In this document: positions 31,534-42,536 of the stretch, one piece after another
Layout of the letters: the number at the start of each line of letters is the position of its first letter
How positions within the stretch are numbered: the first letter of the stretch is position 1
Assembly: GCA_963796965.1 (NCBI GenBank)
Contig: CAWCNS010000005.1
Span: forward strand, 128,001 to 192,000
Direction of reading: 5' to 3'
From: Calditrichia bacterium
GTDB lineage: Bacteria > Calditrichota > Calditrichia > JAJRVZ01
DNA length: 64,000 nucleotides
Position numbers and translations under genes: made by a program
Notes under the pieces: model-generated
The model's database searches: none
Seen by the model: only the letters and a program-made list of their open reading frames with translations
Told to the model about the DNA's origin: nothing

Positions 31534-32880
31534 ATGGTAAAAACAAAACAGAAATCAATATATATTTGTCAGCAATGTGGATATGAATCAGCCAAATGGC
31601 TCGGTAAATGTCCTGAATGTCAAAACTGGAGTTCTTTTCAGGAAGAGGTTCGCCAAATAAATAAAAGAGACTCAACTTCTTCACCTAAAGTCTCGGCAGT
31701 TACCCCGCTTCTGGATGGAGAGATAGAGGTTTCTACAGTACTATCGACGGGGGTACCGGAATTAGACCGGACATTGGGTGGTGGTATTATTCCTGGAATG
31801 GTTGTAATGGTTGGGGGAGATCCAGGTATCGGGAAATCTACTTTAATGCTTCAAATGCTCGATAAAATCAAGACGACCAAAAATCTTTTATACGTTTCAG
31901 GGGAAGAATCGAAAAGTCAGGTGCACTTAAGGGGCGATCGGCTTGGCATTAAAGCCCCCAATCTACTGTTCAGTGCTGAAACAAATCTTCACAATCTATT
32001 AGCTGTTATATCTGAAACCGATCCGGAAGTAGTTATTATTGATTCTATTCAGACTATCAGCAGTGATGAAATTGATTCTCTCCCAGGAAATGTAAGCCAA
32101 TTACGGAATTGCACTGCTGCATTATTGAGGCAAGCTAAGGAATCAGGTGTACCGGTTTTTCTGATAGGTCATGTTACAAAGGAGGGTAGCATTGCCGGAC
32201 CTCGTGTGCTGGAACATATGGTTGATACTGTACTATATTTTGAAGGTGACCGGGAGTATGATTTTCGGATTCTTCGAAGTACTAAGAATCGATTCGGTCC
32301 TGTAAATGAGATTGGTCTTTTCCAGATGACTGGTGATGGTTTGCAGGGAATTTCTAATCCGTCGCAGGTTTTTCTGAGCAAACAGGATGAACAAACTTCG
32401 GGCAATGCCGTTGTTGCGGTCATGGAAGGAAATCGACCTTTATTGGTACAGGTACAGGCATTGGTTACAAAAACACAGTTTGGGATGCCACAGAGAACAG
32501 CAAGTGGTATCGATCATCGCCGGATGAATCTCCTGCTAGCCGTTTTAGAAAAACGTTACAAAAAACCTTTTGGTTTTCATGATGTGTTTATTAAGGTTGC
32601 CGGTGGGCTGAGAATCGATGAGCCTGCTGCAGACCTGGGGATCTGTATGGCCCTTATTTCCAGTCTGGAAGAAATAGTTCTGCCAGCTACGAATATCTAT
32701 GTTGGGGAAGTAGGCTTAGGTGGGGAGGTTAGAGGTGTAAGCAGGATTGACGATAGAATTAACGAAGCGATCAAACTTGGCTTTCAAAAAGTATTTCTTC
32801 CCAAAAGAGCAAAATATAGTAAGGAATTTGATCCAAAACTTCTGATCGCTGTGGACAATTTGAATAAAATTATTCGATAA
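31534..32880 (+). CDS. radA: DNA repair protein RadA/Sms
   Basis: CQQCG...KWLGKCPEC zinc finger, GGDPGIGKSTL, GHVTKEG, KNRFG. Confidence 0.97.
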   Translation: MVKTKQKSIYICQQCGYESAKWLGKCPECQNWSSFQEEVRQINKRDSTSSPKVSAVTPLLDGEIEVSTVLSTGVPELDRTLGGGIIPGMVVMVGGDPGIGKSTLMLQMLDKIKTTKNLLYVSGEESKSQVHLRGDRLGIKAPNLLFSAETNLHNLLAVISETDPEVVIIDSIQTISSDEIDSLPGNVSQLRNCTAALLRQAKESGVPVFLIGHVTKEGSIAGPRVLEHMVDTVLYFEGDREYDFRILRSTKNRFGPVNEIGLFQMTGDGLQGISNPSQVFLSKQDEQTSGNAVVAVMEGNRPLLVQVQALVTKTQFGMPQRTASGIDHRRMNLLLAVLEKRYKKPFGFHDVFIKVAGGLRIDEPAADLGICMALISSLEEIVLPATNIYVGEVGLGGEVRGVSRIDDRINEAIKLGFQKVFLPKRAKYSKEFDPKLLIAVDNLNKIIR

Positions 32881-32905
32881 ATAAAATTGGGATAGTTTTA
32901 GATCA

Positions 32906-32932
32906 GTAGTGGCCGTTCGCGAACGGCCACTA
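32906..32932. repeat. GTAG-type REP-like palindrome, copy 2
   Basis: TAGTGGCCGTTCGCGAACGGCCACTA: perfect 26-bp palindrome just after the radA stop. Confidence 0.8.
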
Positions 32933-32967
32933 ATTTTCATGTCACGTAAATATAACGGCGCGATTAA

Positions 32968-33136
32968 GAGGCTGTGTAAATAAGCATATTAACCACGGAG
33001 ATACACGGAGTTTCACAGAGTTTGTATAAAATCTAAAATCATTTTTTACAATCATGCCCAATTCTCAACTCAAAGATAAAAGATCCGTGCAAGTCCGTGT
33101 GCATCCGTGGTGGATTTTTAAATTTTACACAGCCTC
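32968..33136. mobile_element. MITE-like element (169 bp) with perfect 13-bp terminal inverted repeats and nested 10-bp-period inverted arrays
   Basis: GAGGCTGTGTAAA ... TTTACACAGCCTC; internal CAC(G/A)GAG x3 (32991-33020) opposed to TCCGTG x3 (33081-33110); no ORF. Confidence 0.65.
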
Positions 33137-33234
33137 ATGTCAAAATTGTACCCAATGGTTGTCTATTTGATAGTTTTTTCATGTAATATATGAAAAATGA
33201 AGACTAATCGTTTGTAAGGAGATGAAATAGTAAT

Positions 33235-33981
33235 ATGGGTTATATAAAGATTATTGTTATTTATGTGTTCTTAATAGTTACTTTAACGCACGCACAAAAC
33301 ATTGATCAGATAGTTGAAAATATCTACCAAACAAGTCTCGAACAAGAGGCAAAACTGGATAGTTTGGGTGATTATTCTCATTTACAAAAAGTGCATTTTA
33401 CAAAATTAGATGGTGATGGTGAGGTTGATGAACAATCAAAAAGAGAATTTAGGGTTAAAGTCCGTTCACACGGGCAACGCAATCGAGAACTCATTGCTGC
33501 GAATGATTTTGAAGATGGTTCATGGATTAATGTTTTGGAAGAAGAAAAAAGTAAAAAGATGAAGGCAAACACCCGCAGCCAGAAATTCAGTCTGACTGAA
33601 ATGGTAGGAACTGAGGAGAGAAAAAAGTATAATTTTAAACTGATAGGTGAAAGCGTCATAAAGGGTGATGATACTATACAAATTTATGCAGAACCTCTAG
33701 AAGAGGAAGAAGACATGTTTAAAGGTGATTTATGGTTTGATAAGTCCGATTATACATTAGTGAAGGCAAGATTAGTTCCATCTGAATTCCCAACAGGTGT
33801 TGAGGATATGATGATGGAGTTTTCTATGGAGAGATTCGGCCTTGTAAGGCTGCCTTCTAAAATATATTTTGAAGCAGAAATTTCATTTTTATTTATTTTT
33901 AATGGCAGAATTATGTCTGAGATTTTGTTTGAGGACTATCATTTTAATCAATCATTCCCGGATTCAATTTTTTTACAGTAG
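33235..33981 (+). CDS. Hypothetical secreted/periplasmic protein
   Basis: Signal peptide ending THA-Q; beta-rich 'FKGDLWFDKSDYTLVKA' segment. Confidence 0.75.
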   Translation: MGYIKIIVIYVFLIVTLTHAQNIDQIVENIYQTSLEQEAKLDSLGDYSHLQKVHFTKLDGDGEVDEQSKREFRVKVRSHGQRNRELIAANDFEDGSWINVLEEEKSKKMKANTRSQKFSLTEMVGTEERKKYNFKLIGESVIKGDDTIQIYAEPLEEEEDMFKGDLWFDKSDYTLVKARLVPSEFPTGVEDMMMEFSMERFGLVRLPSKIYFEAEISFLFIFNGRIMSEILFEDYHFNQSFPDSIFLQ

Positions 33982-34019
33982 GATTTGATTCTTAGTTATT
34001 GTCTCCTGACAAATGTCAA

Positions 34020-36381
34020 TTAAAGGACTTGTTCAGATCTCCTTATAATCTCTTCCTGTAGATCTTCCCCCAGATCATTAAAATAATCACTATACCCCGC
34101 CACCCTAACGATCAGATCGCGATATTTCTCTGGATGTTTTTGTGCATCCCTCAATGTATCAGTTGTCACCACATTAAACTGGATATGATGACCGTCCATA
34201 CGGAAATAGTCCGCGAATTAATGAAACCAACTTGGAAATCCCTTTATCATCATCAAACATGGATGGGGATAATTTCTGATTGAGTAATGTGCCTCCGGTT
34301 TTGAGATGATCAAGTTTTGCAGCAGAATTGAGGACTGCCGTGGGACCTTGTGTATCTGCACCCTGGACTGGAGAGATCCCCTCCGAAAGAGGAATATGCG
34401 CTTTCCGCCCATCTGCAGTAGCACCTACTTTACTACCGAAATAGACATGAGAAGTAGTTGGTAATAAATTTATTCTAAATGTACCACCTTTAACGGTAGG
34501 GCGGCCGTTTACGGCATCATAAAAAATATTAAAAATCAAACGGGCATTCGCATCTGCATAGTCTTCATCATTTCCATATTTTGGCGTATGAAATAACAGA
34601 TCATTACGTAAGGCATCATGACCTTTGAAATTGGTTGCTAATATGTCCAATAATGATGATAAGGATATTTTTTTCTTATCAAAGACATTATACTGAATGG
34701 AGGTTATGATATCTGTGAGACTGCCAATCCCAACGCCCTGAATATAACTGGTATTATAGCGAGCACCTCCGCTATTATAGTCTTTTCCGTTGGAGATACA
34801 GTCATCGATTAGCAGGGATAGAAAGGGAACAGGCATTTGATCAGCAAAGAGGCTGTCAATGATATTATTGCCTTTGATTTTTATATCAATGAAATAATTA
34901 ACCTGCTTTTTAAACGCTTCAACCACTTCTTCATAGGTACTAAATTGTTTCGGATCTCCTGTTTCTGGCCCGATGAGATCGCCGGATTCCGGATCAATAC
35001 CATTGTTAAGGGTGATCTCAAATATCTTGACCAGATTAAAGTATCCTGTGAGAATATAACTCTCCGTGCCAAATGCCCCTGATTCCACACAGCCGCTCGC
35101 GCCACCATTTCGAGCGTCCTCTATGGATTTTCCCTGTCTGGTTAATTCCTGGATAATTGCATCCGTATTAAATATGCTGGGTTGTCCAAAACCGGTCTTT
35201 ATTATTTTTGCAGTTCTGCTTAAAAAACTATCTGGATTTTTTTTGCTAACCTGAACCATAGAACTGGGTTGCAGGAGGCGCATTTCTTCAATTACATCCA
35301 GGATGATAAATGAAAGATCATTGACAGCGTTGGATCCATCGGGTTTTAGTCCGCCTAAGTTTATGAGACAGAAGTCAGTATACGTGTTGCTTTCTTTGGC
35401 GGTGACGCCGATTTTAGGAGGCGAAGGATGGTTGTTAAATTTTATCCAAAATGATTGAAGGAGTTCAAGGGCTTTTTCTTTGGTAAGGACTCCTGATTCA
35501 ATATCCTTCTTATAAAAGGGGTAAAGATGCTGATCCAGACGACCTGGATTGAATGAGTCCCATGGGTTAAGTTCAGTTATAACTCCCAAATGCACGAACC
35601 AGTATGCTTGTAATGCTTCGTGGAATGTTTTTGGAGCATAGGCAGGTACATTCTCACAGATTGTTACCATCTGCTTTAATTCTTTTTTCCTCTGTGGATC
35701 TTTTTCAGTATTAGCGATACTCTCCAGCTTTTTTGCATGACGTTTGGCAAAAAGTATAATCGCATCAGAACTAATATCCATGGCCTTGAGCTCTTCTCTC
35801 TTATAATAGGCGTCAGGATCATTAAAATAATCAAGTTTATCGAGGCTGATCTTAATTTCTTCTTTTATCTTCAAAAATCCCTTTTTATATATTTTCCCTC
35901 CAAGAACGGTATGGCCGGGAGCTCGTTGCTCCTGAAATTCTGTGAAGACACCTGCCTTGTATGCCATTTTCCAATCATCGTCAAGAGAATTAAAGATTTT
36001 ATCCCGCTGTGTCTTTCCGGACCAGAAGGGGATTATTTCTTCCTTGTAAATCTTTCGGGTCTGATCATCAACTTTGAAAGATACCTTTGGTCGTTCGTCC
36101 AATATTTTCAGATCTTGTAACGAATGAAGGCAGATTTCAGGATAGGTGGGTGTTGCTTTAGGAGCTGGGCCGCGTTCACCAACGATGAGTTCCCCTTTGT
36201 TGATGCAGATAGATTTGTTTTCTATAATATATTTGAAGGCCAGGGCGCGTTTGACCGGTGTTGATACTTGCTGGGCTATATCACTTTTATAGAATTGGGT
36301 AATTAGAATTGCGCGCTCTACAGAAAGGCTGTTAATGGCTTCAAGACTCTGGTTTCTAAGGTTCCGTATACGGTTGTTCAT
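34020..36381 (-). CDS. hypD: Glycyl radical enzyme, trans-4-hydroxy-L-proline dehydratase (indel near 34210 hides the Gly loop)
   Basis: HypD-type motifs [49 protein letters not shown]; other frame gives HHIQFNVV...[13 protein letters not shown]...EQVL* ending at 34020; GGAGG SD before ATG 36381. Confidence 0.88.
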
Positions 36382-36382
36382 T

Positions 36383-37184
36383 CTATCCTCCGATCGAAAC
36401 ATTATGGCCAAATGCTACCAGAGTATTCTTTATTTCGTTCATTTTTGTCTCTGTTGGGGCTTCACTTTTACTCATCAGATATTCCTTGTCCAATTTCTCA
36501 TATTTATGACGGGCAATTTTGTGATAAGGTAAGATATCGATCTCCATTCCTCCCGGACTTAAATTTACACTAAAATCAGACTATTTCATTTATGTTTTTT
36601 ATACTATCTGTCATTTCCGGAATAACAGGGAGGCGCAGTCTTACCGATTTATTCATTTTTACCAGGGTAATTAAATTGTTTAATATGGTCATATTGGATA
36701 CTCCGGTAAACTTTTGATGCAGGTTGTCATCGATAAACTTGATATCGTATAGAAATAGATCCACATGATCTATAATTGAGTTAAATACATCTTCAGAGGC
36801 ATATCCGGTTGTGTCAAGTGTTGTGTGAATCCCATCCTGTCGACAAGCTATAAGCAATTCACGTAAAAAATTTTCCTGGAGCAACGGCTCACCACCCGAA
36901 AAGGTTACACCACCCCCGGATTCATCAAAATATACCCTGTCTTTCTTTATCTCGATCAGAACTTCCCGGACAGTCATCTTTTTACCAATCATTTCTATTT
37001 CTTCAATAACACAATCATCAAGTCGATTCTTCCGCACTGCCTGCTCAATCTCAGTCGTCTGGCTTTCAGGATTATGACACCACCAGCAGGAGGCCGCACA
37101 TCCTTTGAGAAATACAGTTGTTCTAATACCCGGACCATCGTGGATGGCATATCGTTTTATATCGAAAATGATACCGGTCGTCAT
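36383..37184 (-). CDS. Glycyl-radical enzyme activase (radical SAM), lacking a ferredoxin insert; indel near 36578
   Basis: HDGPGIRTTVFLKGCAASCWWCHNPESQ, GGVTFSGGEPL, DTTG; other frame continues DILPYHKIARHKY...VSIGG*, stopping 1 bp before hypD. Confidence 0.9.
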
Positions 37185-37248
37185 CTCTATCCTGTTTATA
37201 ACAAAATGTTGAGTAAAATACGAAATAAATGATTGAAAATCAGGTTTG

Positions 37249-37348
37249 GAACTCGATACTCGATTCTGGATACTTCCAATTTTGGATTTCAGATTGCAGA
37301 TTTTGGAACTAATAATCGTAAATCCGAAATCTAAAATCCAAAATCGAC
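37249..37348. repeat. Inverted heptamer arrays in the divergent activase/mtaB intergenic region
   Basis: GATACTC/GATTCTG/GATACTT units, then ATTTTGG-type x4 (37279-37306) opposed to AATC-led heptamers x5 (37314-37348). Confidence 0.75.
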
Positions 37349-37413
37349 TCATATTTGAATTCGCGCCTCCCGATGCCTAAATTAAGCCCTGTTTTTTATG
37401 GAGATAGGTTAAT

Positions 37414-38700
37414 TTGAAAGCCAGTCTATATACATTGGGATGCCGGCTTAATCAGGCTGAAACAGCGATAATTGCCAAATCACTTAAATCCAGAGGATTT
37501 GAGATTACGGAGTTTGGAAACAAAGCTGATTTGACTGTTATCAATACGTGTACGGTCACAGAGCAGGCGGATGCCAAATGCCGACAGGCCGTGCGAAAAG
37601 TCTTACGGAAAAGTCCGGAGACTTATGTCGCTGTGGTGGGATGCTATGCTCAGATGGCTGTTGATGTTATTAAAGAAATTCCTGGTGTGGATCTGATAGT
37701 CGGCAATGAACATAAACTTAACATTGCTGCCCACATCGATAGTCTTCAGAAACAAGAAATTCCTCTGATTATACACTCTCCAAAAATCAGCCGGGAAGAA
37801 TTTACTATTGAGAGTTATGGCCTGTATGATAATTCTACCCGGGCAAATTTAAAAATTCAGGATGGATGTAATTTTGTCTGCAGTTTTTGTATTATTCCTA
37901 CCGCCCGGGGGCCTGCCCGAAGTCGCAAAAGGGAAGATATTCTACGAGAAGCAGAGAAGTTAGTTGAACTTGGTCATCAGGAGCTCGTGTTAACGGGTGT
38001 AAATATTGGCACATATAATAGTGATGGTCATTCCATCCTATCTCTTTTAAATGATCTTGAGAAAATTAATTCTTTACAGCGAATACGGATATCATCAATT
38101 GAACCCACTACCATTCCGAAAAATGTAATACGATTAATGGCTGATTCAGAAAAAATTTGTAAGCATTTACATATCCCCTTACAAAGCGGGGATGACCGTA
38201 TACTTAAATTGATGCGCAGGAAACACAATATGAGTGAATTTACTCATTTTATAGAATTTGTAGAGAAGACAGTACCAGATGTCGGTATCGGAACAGATGT
38301 TATGGTGGGGTTCCCATCAGAAGATGACGCGGCATTCATAAACACAAAAAAAGTGTTAGCTGATCTTCCGGTTTCCTATTACCATGTATTTACCTATTCG
38401 GACAGAAAAGGAACAACTGCATATAAGATGGATGAGAAAGTCGCCCATGACATAAAAAAGAAGAGGACAAATATCCTTATCCAGCAAGGCGAAAGAAAAA
38501 AGCGCGCCTTTTTCGAACGCTTCTTAGGCCAAAGTTTTCCTGTATTATTTGAACAAAAAAACAAAGCAGGTTATTGGACAGGCTATACCTCAAATTATAT
38601 GCAGGTAGCAATGAAAAGTGATCAGGATCTGCATAATCAGATTATTGAGGTAAAAATTGACAAGATTCAAGAAAATCAGTTGATTGGAATTAGGAATTAG
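37414..38700 (+). CDS. mtaB: tRNA t6A37 methylthiotransferase MtaB
   Basis: TLGCRLNQAE, INTCTVT, GCYAQ, KIQDGCNFVCSFCIIP, LTGVNIG, RISSIEP, HVFTYS, GYTSNY. Confidence 0.9.
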   Translation: MKASLYTLGCRLNQAETAIIAKSLKSRGFEITEFGNKADLTVINTCTVTEQADAKCRQAVRKVLRKSPETYVAVVGCYAQMAVDVIKEIPGVDLIVGNEHKLNIAAHIDSLQKQEIPLIIHSPKISREEFTIESYGLYDNSTRANLKIQDGCNFVCSFCIIPTARGPARSRKREDILREAEKLVELGHQELVLTGVNIGTYNSDGHSILSLLNDLEKINSLQRIRISSIEPTTIPKNVIRLMADSEKICKHLHIPLQSGDDRILKLMRRKHNMSEFTHFIEFVEKTVPDVGIGTDVMVGFPSEDDAAFINTKKVLADLPVSYYHVFTYSDRKGTTAYKMDEKVAHDIKKKRTNILIQQGERKKRAFFERFLGQSFPVLFEQKNKAGYWTGYTSNYMQVAMKSDQDLHNQIIEVKIDKIQENQLIGIRN

Positions 38701-38727
38701 GAATTAGGAATTAGGAATTATGAATTA
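38686..38727. repeat. Tandem heptamer (GGAATTA)5 + TGAATTA overlapping the mtaB stop codon
   Basis: Read directly from the sequence. Confidence 0.9.
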
Positions 38728-38916
<189 letters not shown>

Positions 38917-38950
38917 TTAAATCTTATTAAAAGGACAGAGATAAACAACA

Positions 38951-40262
38951 ATGAATAAAGTCTACATAGAAACCTACGGGTGCCAGATGAATGAGTATGA
39001 CACCGAGTTGGTAAAAACCATTCTAAAGAAGAATGATTTTGATTTTACAGATCAGCCTGAGGATGCCCAGATTATTTTTTTAAATACCTGTTCGGTTAGA
39101 GAGAATGCCCATGCGAAAGTGCATCAGCGTTTGAGTGTATTCCGTCAATTAAGAAAAAAGAACAAAGATTTGGTGATGGGTGTTCTTGGTTGTATGGCTC
39201 AAAATTTACGTAAGGAACTGTTAGAAAAGAATATCGGAGTTGATATTGTGGCAGGACCGGATAACTATAAGAAATTACCGGAAATGCTTCATAGGGTTCA
39301 CGAAACAGGTGATAAAGAATATTCTTTAACATTATCGGAATTTGAAACCTATAGTGATGTCTTCCCAACAAGGGAAAGTGGCGTAAATGCCTGGGTTGCT
39401 GTAATGCGCGGATGTGATAATTTCTGTACGTTTTGTGTGGTACCCTATACAAGGGGGAGAGAGCGTAGCCGCGATCCTCACAATATTATTGAAGAAATAC
39501 AGAAATTGGCCGGGGAGGGATTTAGTCAGGTCACATTGCTGGGCCAGAATGTTAATTCGTATAAATATGACAATTACGATTTTGCGGATCTTGTGGCCAT
39601 GACATGCGACATACCAGAAATACGACGTGTTCGATTTACCTCACCCCATCCAAAGGATTTTCCGATAAAACTGCTTGAAGTCATTGCAGCTAATGATAAA
39701 GCTTGTAAACATATCCATTTACCACTACAATCGGGCAATGATCGGATTCTGGAAATGATGAACCGGACCTATACCAAAAAAGAATATCTGGATCTTGTCG
39801 ATGTTATCCGGAATAAGATACCAGATATTGCTTTATCTACGGATGTTATTGTTGGATTTCCCGACAGAGACAGAGGAAGAATACGAAGATACATTGGACG
39901 TGATGAGAAGTGTGGGTTTTGATTCTGCATTTATGTTTAGTTATTCAGAAAGGAAGCAGACGATTGCAGAAAGAAAATATCCGGATGATATTTCAGATGA
40001 AATAAAATCGCAACGTTTAACGAATCTCGTCGAAGTTCAGCGAAAGATTAATTATGAAAAAAATCAGGAACATCTGGGAGAGAGTTTTGAAGTATTAGTG
40101 GAGGGTAGGGCAAAAAAGCCGGATCAGCTAATGGGACGGAATGATGGGAATAAGATTGTGGTTTTTCCGGATGCAGGGCAAAAGGCGGGGGAATTTGTTG
40201 AAGTGGAGATTGAGGAGGTCACGCCGAATACATTGATAGGAAAGATTTGCAACAATATGTGA
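38951..40262 (+). CDS. miaB: tRNA i6A37 methylthiotransferase MiaB (indel near 39862)
   Basis: YIETYGCQMNEYD, NTCSVRENA, GCMAQ, GCDNFCTFCVVPYTRGRERSR, LGQNVNSY, FTSPHP; C-terminal TRAM domain. Confidence 0.95.
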
Positions 40263-40418
40263 GTTTTGTATTACATTTGTGGAAATGCTAACTTCTGTAG
40301 TTAAGATCATGCCAATTAACTACTTATCAAACTCATTTAAGTCAAAATGATGAATTTAGGCTTTATTAAAATAGGTAGGTATTTGTCAATGCGAGTCTGA
40401 ATTATTACAATTGTATTG

Positions 40419-40626
40419 CTATCTTACTAATTTAAAATCATCAAACCAACTCTCTCCTTCACCTTTACCAACAAATCTGAATCTTATATAAAGAACATTC
40501 TCAGGAACACTAAATTTTTTTTGAACCATGATCCATTCATTAAATTTTTCCAATTCTTTCTTTTATAGAATCCCATTCAAGAATTTCTTTGAACTTATTA
40601 TAAGTAATTATATTGATCCCTACTTT
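40419..40626 (-). pseudogene. Orphan gene fragment resembling the C-terminus of a CBM4/9-like beta-sandwich domain
   Basis: Minus strand reads ...KVGINIITYNKFKEILEWD... then, frameshifted, EWIMVQKKFSVPENVLYIRFRFVGKGEGESWFDDFKLVR*; no intact start. Confidence 0.4.
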
Positions 40627-40665
40627 GTGATATACCAATTATTAGTAGATTCGTATATAGCATAT

Positions 40666-42286
40666 TTAAAAATACTTAAATCCTCTGATTATACCGTCAA
40701 TCACAGTTAGCTCATCTTTCTGGTTCATAGTATGTATAGCCTTTAAATTTTTGTCCCAATTCGGTTCAATTGATTTAACCTCAATCTCTTGGTATTCCTT
40801 TTCGTTTAATTTTATAATCTGGTTGATCCTTATTCCATAACCATATGTCAAGGAACAGTCCTGTGAAGGTCTATAGAGGATTCCATTCCGGATAAAAATT
40901 TTTCCAGCCGGTCTTGCTCTGCGAACATCAGAAATTACAGGATTTAAAATGTGAGATTTCCAGTTATTGCTTATTGGACTCTCAGAATAGAAAATATATA
41001 ATTCATCCCAACTGGAGGTTCCCTCGTGATCTTTCAGATTTGCAAATAACCACCATTTTTCTTCATGAAAGAGAAGGGTTGAATCATACGCTTTAATATT
41101 TTGAATTAAATTATATTGATATTTCCAATCATATGGGAAATTGGTGCATTTATACAATCTAATTGCATTATTTTCAGATGATTCAGGTATCATATAGAAA
41201 TCGTCTTGCCAAGTGAAAATATAGGGATAAGATAAGTGGAACGGTTCTTCGATTATTTTTATAGGAGGTTTTACAATATTTCCTGATTCGTCTAAGGTGA
41301 TAAAGGAAATATGTCCTTTATTAGTCTGACGGAATACTTCTTCAAAAAAAAGATAATAATTATTGTTATGACTTATTAGAAATGGATCGGCCCAATAATG
41401 GGTTTTTGGAGGAAATATTTTTTTATAATTGTTAAAGGACTGATTTTTTTTTGTGCTAATTAATAATATCCACTGATCTAAATATATTTGTAATCTTATT
41501 TTCCTAAATATACGTTTAATGATATAAGTGATTAGCGATTTGAGTTTATTTGTGTTATATGAATTTTCTTTACTCTCACAACATTCCTCCTTTCTCTTTT
41601 CAATATTTTCAAAATATCCATCACTACCCATAAAATATAAATATTTCAGTTCTTTTATAATTGCGGATACACTCCTCCAATGGATCTGATTTATATTGGC
41701 ATAAACCGAAAATAGATTTGTAGACTGATACATTACTTACAAATTTGTATACTTTTTCATTATTACGATGATAAATATGCAAACAAGAACAGGTAAGGGG
41801 TTTATAATTAATAACTTCCCAAAATCCCGATGAATAATTCTTAGGATTATCATTGTTTCCGTGGTCATAGGTCCATATACCATTTTTTGAGTGTATCGAT
41901 ACACCGTTCTGAATTTTATTTTTTCCCAATTGAAGGAATACATCAATGTTATATTTTTTTATTTCGGCTGTAATATCACTATTAATCTGATCATTTATTT
42001 CTAAAATCAATTGCGGTATATCTGCAATTAGAGAGATTGAATTCTCTAATTTTAACGCATTGTGTTTATAATCCGAAAAGACCCTGTCTAAGGCAGTTAA
42101 AACATTGTAAAAATGTCTTTTATATCCCGAAGACATTTTGTTTTTTGAATATTTATTTTTAGTACTTTCATTATTGAGGATTATTAATTTAATTTCAAAA
42201 AATTCGATCGTGTTTATTTTCTTTATTAATTCAATTATCCAGGCAGGAAGTATAACCGAATCTATCAATAGACCAATTTTGAGCAA
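40666..42286 (-). CDS. Degenerate formyltransferase-like N-domain fused to a GINT1-N-like beta-propeller (indel near 41730)
   Basis: N-part: IDVFLQLG...GIWTYDHG...GFWEV; C-part: WADPFL, HLSYPY, YMIPES, HILNPVISDVRRARPAG, RPSQDCSLTYG, IHT. Confidence 0.7.
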
Positions 42287-42376
42287 TAAGAGATCCCTTC
42301 TATCTAACTAATTAAGCCTTTGCCTCCATGAGTCGGAGATCATAAACTTATATTATCATAAATTATTTCTATATAA

Positions 42377-42535
42377 TTAAAATAGCGCGTAAATAAATGG
42401 TGCTAAAGCGCTACCCTCAGTAGCAACAATAAGAGCTCCCAGCAATAAAAGAAAGAAAATAATTGGTGTTAAAATCCATTTTTTTCTACTTTTTAAAAAA
42501 TACATAAACTCCTTAATGATTGTAATTTTTGACAT
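42377..42535 (-). CDS. 52-aa single-TM peptide, SxtK/DUF5989 family (not in ORF track)
   Basis: MSKITIIKEFMYFLKSRKKWILTPIIFFLLLLGALIVATEGSALAPFIYALF*; GAGGAG SD 7 nt upstream; ATG 1 bp after the SGNH stop. Confidence 0.9.
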   Translation of the reverse strand: MSKITIIKEFMYFLKSRKKWILTPIIFFLLLLGALIVATEGSALAPFIYALF

Positions 42536-42536
42536 T

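Noticed and set aside
34020..36381. Pyruvate formate-lyase or choline TMA-lyase
   Set aside because: It has a single-Cys SGCVE loop (PFL has CC) and HypD-type motifs ([16 protein letters not shown]); no microcompartment genes are nearby.
37185..37352. N-terminal extension of the activase ORF (MSRFWILDFGF...)
   Set aside because: It is a translation of the heptamer arrays; homology starts at MTTGIIFDIKR (ATG 37184).
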